Assembly: GCA_021613535.1 (NCBI GenBank)
Contig: CP075496.1
Location: 8,556,001 to 8,620,000, forward strand
Origin: Adineta vaga
Lineage: Eukaryota > Animalia > Rotifera
Direction of reading: 5' to 3'
DNA length: 64,000 bases
Shown one piece after another: positions 1 through 13,465 of the stretch; the first letter of the stretch is position 1; each line of letters starts with the position of its first letter. A program made the position numbers and the translations under genes. Under the pieces are notes generated by a model, which saw nothing but the letters and a program-made list of their open reading frames with translations, searched no databases and was not told the origin of the DNA.

Positions 1-14
1 CAAATTTATCCGTT

Positions 15-416
15 GTGAAATTTAAATTACCAACCAGATCAAAAATTCAAACAAATTTCATTAAACATATTCATTTGAAGCGATTAATTATCAATATGAA
101 TTACGATGAATATCCATGGGATGATAGTATTTTAGAAAGTTATTTATTATGTGTACCGAATCTTGAACAGTTGAAAATATCTCGATCAGTATCGTCAATA
201 AATTCGAATATAATGCAACAGTTACAATGTTATGATTGGCTTTTATCAATTATTTCTAGTCATTTATCAAAACTTGATCGACTTAAGTTTGATTTATGTG
301 TTCGCCGGTCTCAGGAATTAATTGAATTGAATTTTCAAGACATTTGTAGTCAATTGAAAAGACAGTTTTATCATGTTTATAAAAATCGATATGAAAGTCG
401 ATTGGTTGTTTTTTGA
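15..416 (+). CDS. 3' part of a Leu-rich (F-box/LRR-like) protein; begins upstream of the window
   Basis: Open frame from the window edge with LRR-like segments (LKRLIIN, LLCVPNLEQLKI, LSKLDRLKFDL) similar in style to 52262-53242; AATAAA downstream near 497. Confidence 0.5.
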   Translation: MKFKLPTRSKIQTNFIKHIHLKRLIINMNYDEYPWDDSILESYLLCVPNLEQLKISRSVSSINSNIMQQLQCYDWLLSIISSHLSKLDRLKFDLCVRRSQELIELNFQDICSQLKRQFYHVYKNRYESRLVVF

Positions 417-715
417 GAATTTTATTTCAATTCGTTTTTCTTGTAAATACGTTCGTTTTTATAACATTGAATAGTTTTAGTAGTTTTGTAAATTTGAATA
501 AATAAAATAATCACTGCAATAAGATCTTACCGTGAAATCAAGAGAGATACGATCACAACATTCTCTAATGACATCTGTAGATATTTTCATGTTACTGTTG
601 GATTATACTATGCACCATTCATAAATTGACTTGACAGTAGACAAGCACTCACTGGGCACACACACATATTGCTATTTTTCGCACGCAATATAAAAATAGA
701 TTTCTTTTTATTCAG

Positions 716-1312
716 ATGTTTCCATTACTTCGTCGTTTCATATCGATACCAAAACAATCGATTCGTTCATTTCATTCATTCGATGAAATAACACCTGCAA
801 AATATATCTCAACTCGTCTTCAAAATGGTATCGGTTCTCGATATGTTTGTCAATTACAACGTTTAACGATTCAAATATGTAAAGAATTTCGTTCATCCTA
901 TGGTACTCGAGAATGGATTGCTAATGATTTAACTGCATTTGCTCGTCAACATCCATATGTAGTTATATATGTTCAGCCACGTCGTCATCGAGCACCAAAT
1001 TTAATTGGAGAATATTTGAGTGGTGATCGTCAATGGATTCCTCTTTCAAATTGTGATCGACATCATGTTAATTGGTGGATACATACTCTCTTAACACAAC
1101 AAGGTGATCCACAATGGCGATTATTAAAACAAATGCATACTGATTCCCCTTCAACTCAAGGTGTATGGACACCATTCACAAATAAATCCATTGATCGAAC
1201 ATTGAGAACATATCCTGATCAAGATCTTATTGAAATGGAATATCCACAAATGACAGCAACACAGCAAATCAAAGAATTATTTGAACAACAGAAACTAGAT
1301 AAAACTACATAA
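716..1312 (+). CDS. MRPL43: Mitochondrial ribosomal protein L43
   Basis: N-terminal targeting-like peptide followed by GIGSRYVCQLQRLT...SSYGTREWI...VYVQPRRHRAPNLIGEYLSG...TDSPSTQGVWTPF, characteristic of mL43. Confidence 0.9.
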   Translation: MFPLLRRFISIPKQSIRSFHSFDEITPAKYISTRLQNGIGSRYVCQLQRLTIQICKEFRSSYGTREWIANDLTAFARQHPYVVIYVQPRRHRAPNLIGEYLSGDRQWIPLSNCDRHHVNWWIHTLLTQQGDPQWRLLKQMHTDSPSTQGVWTPFTNKSIDRTLRTYPDQDLIEMEYPQMTATQQIKELFEQQKLDKTT

Positions 1313-1532
1313 ATTTTGATACATTTTTTTTGTAGAATCATTCAGTTAACATATGAGCGTGTTTACTAGATTGATTTCTAATGTTATTAAAGAAAATGTT
1401 TTTCGTTTTTTCTTTTTTTAGATTTATGAAATTATCGAAGATAAACATGGTCTTCATGTAATCAACTCATCTCTTGTCTGTAGACATTACATACCATGTT
1501 TTCCACTAAAGATTTCAACAGATCCATAATCA

Positions 1533-3090
1533 ATGCCACTATTCTATCCAACTATTTTTCAACATAGTTTTCGTCGACTTGTTCAACGATGTACTTCAAT
1601 TGATTTTCGTCAATCTTTTACCACTCTATGTTTATTTTTTCTTCTTTCTTTTCTTACTTCAATCATTGTTAATCTTCTAATACCATTTATCGTTATTAAA
1701 CCTTCAACACCGTCAATCTCATCATCATCATCACTTAGTCTACTCTCATCCGGTCATGTTTTCTTTCCACCGGGTGTAACATCGTTACAATGTTCATCAC
1801 CAAAACGACATGAATTACAAGCACATCATCATCATCATCCTCAACACGAATCGTTGAATATAAAACGAAAATATACTAAAGATCAAACGAAACAAAAGAA
1901 CGTGTCCAGTGGTAAGTGTTCGCTCAATGTTCTTCAACTATGTCATTCAACGAAAGAATTCGAATCTTTTTCATGTAGATCTTCGACAAGAAGCAGAAAC
2001 TGCACTTCATCTTGCTCTTCGTTTAATCATCGAAAACAAATATGAAAAAGCACGGAAAGTTTTTGAACATGCTTTGACACTTGATCCTTATAATTCCGAA
2101 ATTCTTGTTGAATATGGTCAATTTCTTGAACATCATCATAAAGATTTAATTCATGCTGATAGTCTATATACACGTGCACTTTTTAAACAGCCTACCAATC
2201 CTCGTGCTCTAGAATTAAAACAACGTACACTACCATTAGTTGAAGAGATTGATCAAAAACATTTTACATTTATTGATAATCTTCTCCAAGAACTCTATCG
2301 AATTCCAGATACAAATCCTTCTTTACGACGTGCTAAACGTGATGCTTATTATTTACATATTTATCATACAAATGCAATCGAAGGTAATACATTAAATCTT
2401 CGTGAAACTCGTCATATTGTTGAAACACGAATGGCCATTGGCGGAAAATCTCTTATTGAACAACAAGAAGTTCTTGGACTTGATTTAGCTTTACAATATG
2501 TTAATTGTACATTAGTAAATCGTCTTGGATCAATTAAACGTGAAGATATTTTTGAAATTCATCGACGAGTTTTAGGTTTTGTTGATCCAGTTCAAGCCGG
2601 TCAATTACGTGAACATCAAGTTTATGTTGGATCATTTGTTCCGCCTGCTGCACATGAAGTCGAAGCATATCTGGATGATTTTCTACTTTGGTTAAATTCA
2701 TTAGAAGATACACGAGATCTTCATGCAATTGAATTAGCTGCTATTGCACATTATAAATTTGTTTATATTCATCCATTTATTGATGGAAATGGTCGAACAG
2801 GACGTTTATTAATGAATTTAATTTTGATGCGATCAGGATTTCCACCTGTGATTATTAAGAAATCGGAACGTTTAGCATATTATTCTTATTTAGATCAAGC
2901 AAATGATGGTGATTTACGACCATTGATACGTTTCATTGCTCGATGTACAGAAAGAACATTAACAGAATATATTCATCAATCTCAACCAACAAAAACTACT
3001 GGACATGAATTAAGTTTAACAGATGAAGATGATGATAACGATGACGATGGAAGAAGTTTATTCGAAGAACGTGTTATCATAGTAGATTGA
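1533..3090 (+). CDS. FICD: FICD/HYPE protein adenylyltransferase; exons 1533-1911 and 1979-3090
   Basis: N-terminal TM segment, TPR region, autoinhibitory motif TNAIEGN and Fic motif HPFIDGNGRTGR. A GTAAGT...TAG intron at 1912-1978 joins the two track ORFs in frame. Confidence 0.95.
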
Positions 3091-3722
3091 AAGAAAGAAG
3101 AAAAGAAAAACAGTGATCATGTATATATATTGAAGATCTATTTTGATTATTTTTTCCCGACCCTTTGTTTGAATGTACTACACTCTGTTATGATATGAGA
3201 ATTATTGAATAAAACCAAATAAAAATATCAAGAATTTTTAGAACTAAAGAAAATTGGAATAGAAACACTCAAATTCAATACGTACAATGAATAATTTCTT
3301 AGATTGCAGCAGAAATCAATACCTCTAATAAAGATTTCTCAAAGTGCAATGAAAATGATATGTCTGCATTTATGTTAAATACAAAAAGACTCGCTAGCAT
3401 CTATCATTCTATGTACAAAAGAAAGAACGATTTCAACTGTCTTACCATTTCGTTATGTTTTTTTCTTCTTTTCTCTCGTCCGTCATCTATTTTTCATCAC
3501 ATATATAAATCGTTCATAAGCGACCACGTGATACATATCTGACTATATTCTATCATGCTGAAAACGTTTTCTGGTAGAGGATATTGTACACAACCAACAT
3601 GTTTTCCGGTTTTGGGTGCTCCACCGATTCTTGTTTTTCTATGTAAAACACATTGTCGACATATGTTATGTTATAGACATTGGCTTTCTCATCAAACAAC
3701 AGAAATCGAACATGAACAAGAT

Positions 3723-4764
3723 ATGGATCATTCATCTTCAAGTACATATATCTTCATCGAGAGTTGAGCATTTAAAACATTCATGTTTTGTATTGTTTAG
3801 CTGTGACATTGGATTCAGATATTGAAGAACAAGAAAATGTTCCTGATCTTTTGAAAGAATGTACCAATCAAGAAGAACATCAATTACCGAAAACGAATGT
3901 TTATTATTCGACTTCATCGCCTGAAAATATCGATTATTTCGAAGATGATGAAAATAAAGATATAGTTACGTCGTTTATGTAAGAATTTTCTTGAAAGAGA
4001 TTTTCTCTGATTGGTTCATTTGAAATTTAGTAATGCAAAAGAAATTGAATGGTGGAACGAAATAACACCTTGGAAAAATGGTGAAAGTAAGCTTAGAATA
4101 AAAACTATTACAAAAAAAGTATTCCTTTTTTTTGTCATTCAGATTTCAATATGAAAACAATAACCAAAGGATCAAGCGATGATGGTAAGATGATATTGGA
4201 ATTTATTTATTGATGAAATCATCTTTTTTTCCCTCTTCAGAATATATTTATAATGATCCAAATAATAAAACAGATGATTCAGATTATGATATCAAAGGAA
4301 AGCGAAGAGTATTAAAGAAAAAACTTAGTCCATCTACAGTATGTCGTTCATATGCGGGTGAATGTCCGTTAACATTCGATGGAGCATTTGGTTTATTCCA
4401 AGAATATCATCAACATCAATTATGTACAACATCGAAACATTCGAACAAAAAAATATGTCTCTATCAACATTTCAATTCTAAACACGGTTTTAAACGTCAA
4501 ATATCAATTCGTCTTGTTAAAGCAATGATTCATCAAGAAGATCCGTCTAAAAGCAGATTATTTTCTTTAATAACTGATACACCATCAACATTATTCGATC
4601 CATTTCATAAAGTTAAATGTCCATTGGCAACAAATAATCATATAACAAATACACCATGTTTAACTCAAGAAATTACTCGAAAAAGTGTTCGACGACATTT
4701 ATCAGGTGTACATCGATTAGATCAAGAAACTATTAATAAACTCATGAAACAAATGAATAAATAG
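3723..4764 (+). CDS. Uncharacterised 5-exon protein with acidic N-terminal half and two degenerate C2H2-like zinc-binding motifs
   Basis: Phase-consistent exons 3723-3741, 3801-3978, 4031-4086, 4143-4184, 4241-4764. Motifs ECPL...CLYQHFNSKH and KCPL...PC...VRRHLSGVH. The first exon and start codon are uncertain. Confidence 0.6.
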
Positions 4765-5116
4765 TAAAAGATGAAGTTTCGTTTTTGTTGTTTTTCTTTT
4801 ATTGTACATGTAGTTTTTTTTCTTTTTCATTTGTTTGTTTTTTAAACGAAAAGAGATTCGAGTCATATGAAATATTGAAATTCTTGTTATAATAGTTATA
4901 GTCCTAAGATTTTATTAATAACAAAAGAAGATAAGCAAAAGAGAAATAACTTCGAAATAAGAGTCATATACATCTTTATTTGGTTGTAAAAGATTCTTCG
5001 ATATGATAGTTCAATCGAACTCAGAACTCGACGACTAGAAAAACGAATGAAAAATGAAAACAAAAAATAATGATAATTAATTACCACCGGTAATAAATAT
5101 AAAAATATTCCCTTTA

Positions 5117-8100
5117 TCACTTCATGTGTTTATCTTCTGTTTCTGATCTTTTCTCTGTATACTCTCTTGCATCAGTTGTTGCAGATCTTGTTGTCGTCAG
5201 CGTTTCTTGTTGTTGTTGTTGTTGTTCTTCTTCTTCTTGTTGTTTGATAATGACAGGAATTTCAACTTGTTGTGATGGAACAGCAGTATTATTTGCTGAT
5301 AATGATTGATTAGCAGAAACAATTGCAGCACGAACTATTTTATCCAATGCCGAACGATAGGCATCGATATTATTCAGTTGACCACCAGAATTTGCAGCTG
5401 TTAAATTAAGACTAGCAAATAATTGTGAAGTAATTTCATCAACAGATTTATTGTCGTCTAAAAGAAGGTTGAGAATTGTAAATAATAGAATAGAAATCGA
5501 AAATAAGGAAGCATCAGTCTAACTCTAAGTTTCAACAGATTACTTTCAGCGTTGAATTTCAATGAATACATCATTTGCTTCCATGACAATACGTTTCTAC
5601 TTTATGTATTCATAAATTATCTGTTTACAATGTATGTTTGTACTACTAATTCGGTTAAGATATAAGCATTCAACTCTTGTTCTCTAATTTGATGTATATA
5701 CATACCGGTTTCAATAAAACGTTCAAATTGAATAACAGATGGTTTTTCTATTGTTTCTGTATCTTGATATTTCTCTCGTTGTAGAATTTTCAATTCGAAT
5801 TCTTTTAATTTCTTCGGTATCATTGGACATAACTTCTTCTTTTCAAACCATTTTATTTGTCCATAAATCCATGGATCATTCGTTTGATCATAAGGTTCTA
5901 CAAGACTTTCTAGAACTTCAATTTGTTCGTAGAAACTTTCTTTTAAGAGTTTTTCTTCGCCCATAAAAACAATTAAATTTGGATATTTTGTCAATAAATG
6001 TAATAAATGAAATGCTTCGTCTTTAAACATTAATACAACTGGTATATGAACATTATTATTTCCATCACCAGTCATCGAAAATATTCCATTTGTTGACGAT
6101 TTCAATGATGTATTATGATCAATAACGATTCCACCAACAGCATGAATACTTTCTAATCGACGAGCTTTTTCAATAAACATACAATCACCACGTCGAACAA
6201 TACCAATACGTGAATAAAGATAATAGGAAGAAAATAAATGTGAACAAGCGGAGAAAGGTTGAGCAACATACAATTGAGCAAATATCTACAAAGAAAACTA
6301 GGTTTTTTAAAAAATCTTCTCTATTCTAAAAAGATTTCTTTACTCCTGATTTGCCATACAATTGTTTTCCAAATTGAGCAGAACTAACTGTGAAACTGAG
6401 TAATTTTGGTTCTGATATGTTTGTTAATGGAATAACGGTTAATGGCATATGATAAGTTGATTCCAATGGCGATTGATTTGATTCAGTGATATTTTTCATC
6501 ATATCCATCATTTCTTGAATAAAAAGAAGACCATTTTCAGCATCTTCACGGGATGCTGCATTAGCGGAATTATGAATCAATTGAATGCCTAAGTGAAAAA
6601 GAAAACAAGTATGAGTAGGAAAAGAAATATTCATTGATTTCTTACGGCCATCAGTCATCGTTTGAATTTGAATGCCCATTTGTGATAATTGTGTGACATG
6701 TTCAGGATTAGCAGCAGAGAATTCTGACGCTATCAAACGACGATGAGTTTCACTGAAAATAAAATCATTCATATTTCAATTATTAAATCAATTCTACTAT
6801 TACTTTCTCGGTGGTTTTTCTAGTTCAATTGCTGATGTTGTTGTTATTGTTTCAGTCATATCTTGATCACCACGGATATTTCTTCTTAATTGTTCTTTAT
6901 ATTGATGTGAGTTTAATTGATCATCCATAGCTGGACATTGATTATATTTGGCTCGTTTTTCATTCAATGGTTCTGTCAATGAAAGATTCTTTTGTTCATA
7001 AAGACGTGCTGATAGCAAAGTTTTTTGATCAAATTCTTTTTGTAATGTTGCATTTATATTAAATAATGATAAATCGATTGGAATAAGGTGTGCTTCTGTT
7101 GAAAAAATAAATTGATCAACATCAATGTAACGATGTGGACTTGGATCAAATAATAAATAAAGATATTTGAATGTTTCAGCTAGAACAAAGGAATCCATCC
7201 GATCTTCTTGTTGACCTGTAGATACATCTGATATAGCAGCATAACCACATGGAACACGGGCATGTTGTTCTAAATTATTCAATATTGTACGGCCAACTTC
7301 AAGATAATGAGGATCACCAGTAGCCTAAAATGAAAAATAATCGATTTGTATTAGAATTCCGATTGCACTTCTTTTGTTATACTTTGTAGAGGAAATAAGT
7401 TGATTCAACAAATTCAGGTCGTAATGGATGAGAATTCCAGTGAATTCGATAATCTGTTGTGAATGCTTCAGGTAAAAATTTATGTTTTTTCACAACTTGA
7501 TAGAGCATTTCATGCAATTCAATGGCTGGCTTTATATCACCTGTCATTACTTGTAATCCAGGCCAAAATGCTAATAAAGCATCCATATGATTTTTAGCTA
7601 ATCGATATGGTTGATGCATATGAACATTAACCATGGCAACGCCTTGTTGAACATAGGACATAATAGAAGAATAATGTTCTTGAAAACGAGATAGATAATC
7701 TGTATTTTTCTCTCCTAATAAAACGTAAGCTTTAAATAAATATTCATAATAAGAATCAATGCCAGCGCCAATGCCTGCTTCTCGAACAATCCAATCACCT
7801 GAATGAACATTTAATATTGTGCCCATTAAATTTGATTGTCGATGTCGCCGTTCCCATAGATAAGACATAGCACGATCAGCGTATTGTTGAAATAAATAAT
7901 TACCTGTTAATCGTGATAAAGTAGCCCACTCCAATATTAATGTTCCTGCACATGCTGTACAAGTAAAACGTTCACGATCACTTTTCGATAATGTTAAATC
8001 AATTCCATAACGAAGATTAACACGTGGCAACGGTAAACCACTTGTAGTGTTAAATGCAGGTAATAAACGAATACCTAAATCATGTGCTAAAACTAATAAT

Positions 8101-8839
8101 TCATCACGGTACCAAGATAAACGTAATGGATGATGAGAATTAATATATTTCGCTGAAATATGACCACCTAGAAGACCACTACAAATACAAATCATTATAA
8201 AATATTTTTCAAACGAATATTTGTAAACTATCTTAATCACTTACCCGATCATACGAATATTGGTTTCAAAAACAGAAACAATCACATCACGATCAAAAGA
8301 AACATGTTGAATAACTTGACGAAGAGCTTGTTCAAATTCATCAAACATTCCAAGCACCTAAATATATATATATATATATTCCTTCATTTAAAATCCAATA
8401 TTTTCATTCTTTACCGCTAATGTATCCAAACTATCAACAAGTGTTAAAGAAAAACTAGAATAGAACGAAAATAAGTCATGTGTTTACGGAGAAAATACCT
8501 ATTTACTTTCCAAGAGCATCATCAATATCACCGCGAGATGTTTCGGAACCACGATATCGGCCTTTACAACTACAAATCAAAATAGTTTGCAAACTTTCCA
8601 AAAAATTCATTTCTTTTACCTTAATGGCATTAATTCATCAGCAGGATAAGCATATTTCTACAAGATAATTATCATATGAAATTCACAACAAACGATAAAA
8701 TTGATTTGCTTACCATATAAGATCCAAAACCATGTTTAAACATATCAATAACTTGTAAACGAAGTTTGGATTGTTCTTCCGGTAACATACCAGCAATAGC
8801 GGATATAAGAAAAAGTATTTGGAAAATTCTGATGAACAT
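5117..8839 (-). CDS. EDEM3: ER degradation-enhancing alpha-mannosidase-like protein 3 (GH47 plus PA domain), multi-exon
   Basis: Signal peptide [17 protein letters not shown]; GH47 motifs [69 protein letters not shown]; PA domain [17 protein letters not shown]. Confidence 0.93.
5207..5243 (-). repeat. Coding CAA/GAA trinucleotide tract ([13 protein letters not shown]) in the EDEM3 tail
   Basis: (TTG)n(TTC)n run visible on the + strand. Confidence 0.8.
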
Positions 8840-10152
8840 TTTCTTTGATTAAAACTTGAATAAAAAATAAAATATAAACAATATAGATATGAAAGAGAAC
8901 AGAACAAATATTGTTCACATACGTGTTCTGAACTGGTTTATACTACTTAGTAGTTAGTAGTAGAGGAAAAAAAGAATAGAAACAATATTATAAATTCGTT
9001 TTTATTAGTAGTTACACATATGCAAATAGAGACACCACATGTTGGACTTTTTCGCCTACAAAATGATTTAATAAAGAAAGAAAAAAAGAAGTTATTTGTG
9101 TTTTCGTTTGATTTATTAATGATTGATAATAATCTCAAGTTGTAAATCGAACGAACGAAAAAAATATTTTCTATGTATGATTCTGATGGGATATACATAT
9201 GAACGAATGAGTCTACAAATAAGAAGGTTTTTATAGAGATGTCACTTTAGTACAGATGAAAATTGATCTTGAATATTTTGTTCATGAAATGTCTTTACAA
9301 ATGATAACATATATAGATGCCATTTAATAACAAGATTTGAATTTCAATACTTGATCCATGCTATCCTCTCGTGTTCAAGAAGACACAAATACAATCATCA
9401 TCTACTATAATTACCTTTATTCGTAATTTATTTTTATTTGAAACTTTCCTCATTTGAACTCTTTTCAACAAATTACTATTTAAAAAAAACTGCAATTGAA
9501 CCAAATATTTCGTTACAAACAAAAGAGATTGAGACGTATGGTTTTGTTATGACGCCAACGCATATTATGAGAATTAACAATTTGAGGAAATCACCGGACG
9601 TCTTCTTTATATATAATTGACTTGCAATACGGCAATGTATATTAAAACAACTTAGACGAAAACATGAAAATACATGGCAGAAATATCAGATTCTTTTCTT
9701 AGGATTAACCGGGAAAATTAATGAAATTACGAACAATCATCAAAATCTTTCCACGTTTTAAAAAGAAGCTTATTGCTCCGAACATAGATTTCATCTTATT
9801 AAGGACTACTTACTCTACATCGATAGACCATCAAAACTTTGCGCTCTTCGTACTATCATATTAATATAACTATTTTAAAAAAAGTAATCAGTATTTGGAT
9901 TAAAATAATGTCTTTATAATTAATTTTAATCATTCCTTTTTATACGGTATTTAAAAAGTATGTCATGTGCCAAGTTGTTACATAAGATCGCATTAACATA
10001 ATCAGTATATCTTTTTTTTATAATGATTATGTCAAACGAAGACATTTCTTAGAACATATAAGAACTCATTTGATTGGTGGAATAAATATATGCGAAATTT
10101 ATTTTTAAAGATGAATAGAAGGGTGAGGGTTTGATACATATATGATAAGTTT

Positions 10153-11280
10153 TTATTGTTGTGTTCCAGTTTTATTAACTCGATTCGATTTCATCAACGT
10201 ACTTAATAATGCATGAGGTTGCTTTATTGCTAATTGTGCTTGTATACGTCTAGGTAGTAATTTCTTTATACTTTTGATGAATATTTTTCGAAATAAATGG
10301 CAAGATATAATTGAAAGATAAAATGATTTAACACTATTTATGTAATATAAATAATTGCTTAATGTAAAAGCAAAAAATATAATCGCCGATTGATCCATAC
10401 TTCGGAAATTATTGCTAGTAGTTGTAAAATATATGTATGTACCAATCCATTGTAATGAAAAGAAACTGGTGACGAATACTTGAGTAATTATCATACCAAT
10501 AAATTGATTTCGAAAACTTTGTTGATTAGCTACACCCATTCCAGCCTATGATAAAAAGAAGTGACATAAACGACCCGAAAAAGAAAATGATACATCATAT
10601 CTATCGTATATACTTACCACACGTCGACGACTTTGACGAATATTTCGATAAGTAAGCAAGACAAATATGAACATCGATATTGGTTGAATCAGACCAATAA
10701 ATATAACATAAAAAATAAATGTGGTTCTTGGTTCAGCTGTTGTACATAAAATACCATATGATGTATTAAAAAGAATAGGAGCATAGAGTGAACAAAGAGC
10801 ACTGCTTATGATCACAAAAATAATGATCCATGGTGTATTCTTAAGTACATTTAATCGCCGCATAGGTGATGCATGACTGGATGTTGCTGCAAATCGATCA
10901 ATAATTGCCATCAATGAAAAATTGATTGATAAATGCGGTAGAAATACCAGCAGAAAATAGTAGATACCACATGTTATTGATGATACAAACCATGCAATAA
11001 TGATCTGATATTTATTAGCAAGATACATTGGTAATAAATTTATTGAGAGATTCATAATATCGATGATTGATCCACAAAGTGAATAGATACAGCAGGTATT
11101 GTAGCGAAGTTCAGCTTGAAGATAAGTAAAAAGATTTCCAATGAATCCCACCAAACCCAAGATAAGAAAAATCAGTGGCAAATAAACAAGACCATTTTCA
11201 ATGATTAGATTTAATTCATCACTAATCGATTTTGATACTTGAAAAATATTGTTCATACCTGTTGTATTGTTTGCTTCCAT
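10153..11280 (-). CDS. Rhodopsin-like 7TM GPCR; intron 10546-10617
   Basis: TM1 GFIGN, TM3 AIIDRF, seven hydrophobic segments; a phase-0 GT-AG intron joins the two track ORFs. Confidence 0.85.
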
Positions 11281-12327
11281 TTGACTGAAATCTCAAAAAG
11301 TTATATTACTTTTACAATCTAAAATTGTTATATATTTATAAGGGTCCAAAAATTAATCAGATGATATTCTTAGAATTAATACGTTTTTCTGATAAACATC
11401 GTTTGCACAAGACCAGATTATGTTCGAAGAAGATTTTCATCTAATTTTTCAATCATATCATTATCGAGCTTAATTTCATATTTCAACAAATCATCTAAAC
11501 AGTAGAGAAAGATTACGAACAATAAACAATCTTATCAAAAACCAGTATGTAGCCGCGTAAAGTAATATATGTACTTAAAATACGTTGAATTCTCTAAGTT
11601 TGGTAAAAATAATTTCATTGATATTTATAATTTCTCATTTATTTCCAGGGAAAAAAAGTGACAACGTAGAATTATTAGAAAACTCATTTTCCGAATTATT
11701 CATCATTTAAAATCCATCTTTATCTGCCGATTTCATTATCACTATTTTATATATTGTAGCCAAATAGCAGTAAAATATGTCAAAGGTAAGATTTTGAGCC
11801 ACTCTTTATCTGATTGTTCTATATATCATACTAGAAGTTCTTGACATATGTGCGTAAAGTTCATATCGTAGAAAGTCATTGATTCGGGAGACTATATCTA
11901 TCGAATATTTCTACTAAGATCGAGTCGAACAATGTTGTTAAATTGTTTTGATAGAATTACTTCGTTTGTAATCGAAATGTATTATTTTTCAATATGTTTA
12001 AAACGAAATCCCTATCAGGCAGTACATTTCCATATGCGTATGTAGTGATTAAATACATTCGAATTGTACACTGGCTGACTATTACTTGTTTTCTCTTTCG
12101 TTCTATTTTCGATTCAGACGTCAATTTGTCTTTCACACTTAAAGTAAATATTTATTACCTCAATATGATTCATCATTAACATGTACTCTTGCAACTTTCA
12201 CTAAAATTTACAGATAAGGACGTCCACGTGTGTTGTTTCTCTCATTTAGAATTTATTTTGTAATCTTGCTTCTTTTTTTGTTATTCTATTTTAGTTTACA
12301 TAAAATATGAAAACATCTTGTCAATTT

Positions 12328-12510
12328 TGATTTATTCAATGTTATTGATTCTTTTCAATATATTGATTTATTTCATCATCGATTTAATTATCTTCTGTTC
12401 TTTTCTATTCGAACATATGGCAGTGATTTTAAACCTTTCAACGAATTTAATTTTAACATTATTTATCAATAATATTTTCCATTGAAAAAAGAACACATCT
12501 CTTATTATTA
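12328..12510 (+). pseudogene. Possible degraded remnant of an F-box-like gene
   Basis: One frame reads DLFNVIDSFQYIDLFHHRFNYLLFFSIRTYGSDFKPF...IIYQ*YFPL, resembling the N-terminal pattern of the F-box-like genes in this window (e.g. YDLYGAFFNLNSRLNILI). Contains stops and no intact start. Confidence 0.3.
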
Positions 12511-12845
12511 TCAAATCATCGTCCATATTCCATGAATGTATTCTTCACATGATAATAGAAGATGAAGATGTCAATGAAAACTACCTAAACTTTGTATTGA
12601 TTGTACGTATATATGATTGTAAATATTTTTCGTTATAGAATAATCGATTACATGATTCTCATGAAGTTTTTAATTATCTCTTTTGCATCAGTGAAATCTA
12701 TGAAACGTTCACATCAACAGTAGACATCTTAGAAAACATCAGAGAAAGTTCAATCATTGTAGTTAAGTTTCATTGACGAATACGAACAACAATAATTCAT
12801 GTGTTTAATATCGTTTTCCTTGCATTTCTGAATTTAAATTTAATT

Positions 12846-12861
12846 AGCCCTAAAGAGGGCT
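12846..12861 (-). promoter_or_regulatory. Histone 3' UTR stem-loop of H2A
   Basis: Minus strand reads AGCCCT-CTTT-AGGGCT (6-bp stem, 4-nt loop), preceded by AAAACCCAAC, about 50 nt after the stop. Confidence 0.92.
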
Positions 12862-12913
12862 GTTGGGTTTTGAAATATATCTTGATGTTATGATATGATT
12901 AAGTCAAGCATAT

Positions 12914-13465
12914 TTATGCTTTTTCGGCAGCTTTGCCTGATGATCCTTTTTCAGTTGGTTTCTTTTTGCTTGATCCAGCACCGCCTGTTGTTTCACGTGG
13001 TGTTTGAACAGCACCACCTTCAGCTGTCTTCTTTGGTAAAAGAATAGCTTGAATATTTGGCAAGACACCACCTTGAGCAATGGTAACACCAGATAATAAT
13101 TTGTTCAATTCTTCATCGTTTCGGATGGCTAATTGAAGATGACGGGGGATGATACGTGTCTTCTTATTATCACGTGCAGCATTACCAGCTAATTCAAGAA
13201 TTTCAGCCGATAAGTATTCGAGAACGGCACCTAAGTAAACTGGGGCACCAGCACCGACACGTTCGGCATAATTACCACGTCGAAGAAGACGATGAATACG
13301 ACCCTATTGAATAAATAAATAGAACAAATATTAATAATCAAGCATCCAATTATCTTCTTTTACGATTTAACTTACAACTGGAAATTGAAGACCAGCTCGT
13401 GATGAACGAGTTTTCGCTTTAGCACGGGCTTTGCCACTTCCTGCAGTTTTTCCACGTCCTGACAT
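12914..13465 (-). CDS. H2A: Histone H2A variant with extended C-terminal tail (159 aa); exons 13465-13376 and 13303-12914
   Basis: [30 protein letters not shown]|[23 protein letters not shown]...[13 protein letters not shown] then [37 protein letters not shown]. Phase-0 72-nt GTAAG...TAG intron at 13304-13375. Confidence 0.97.

Noticed and set aside
1912-2045. 1533-2045 and 1909-3090 as two separate overlapping genes
   Set aside because: They are exons of one FICD gene joined by intron 1912-1978.
5124-5309. Cys-rich (CCCCCC) metallothionein-like ORF
   Set aside because: Antisense reading of the EDEM3 poly-Gln tract.
8710-9620. Short Phe/Ile/Lys-rich ORFs here and in other spacers (e.g. 11994, 14171, 14404, 26223, 40883, 45134, 53442)
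   Set aside because: Low-complexity translations expected by chance in AT-rich DNA, often with non-ATG starts and no motifs.
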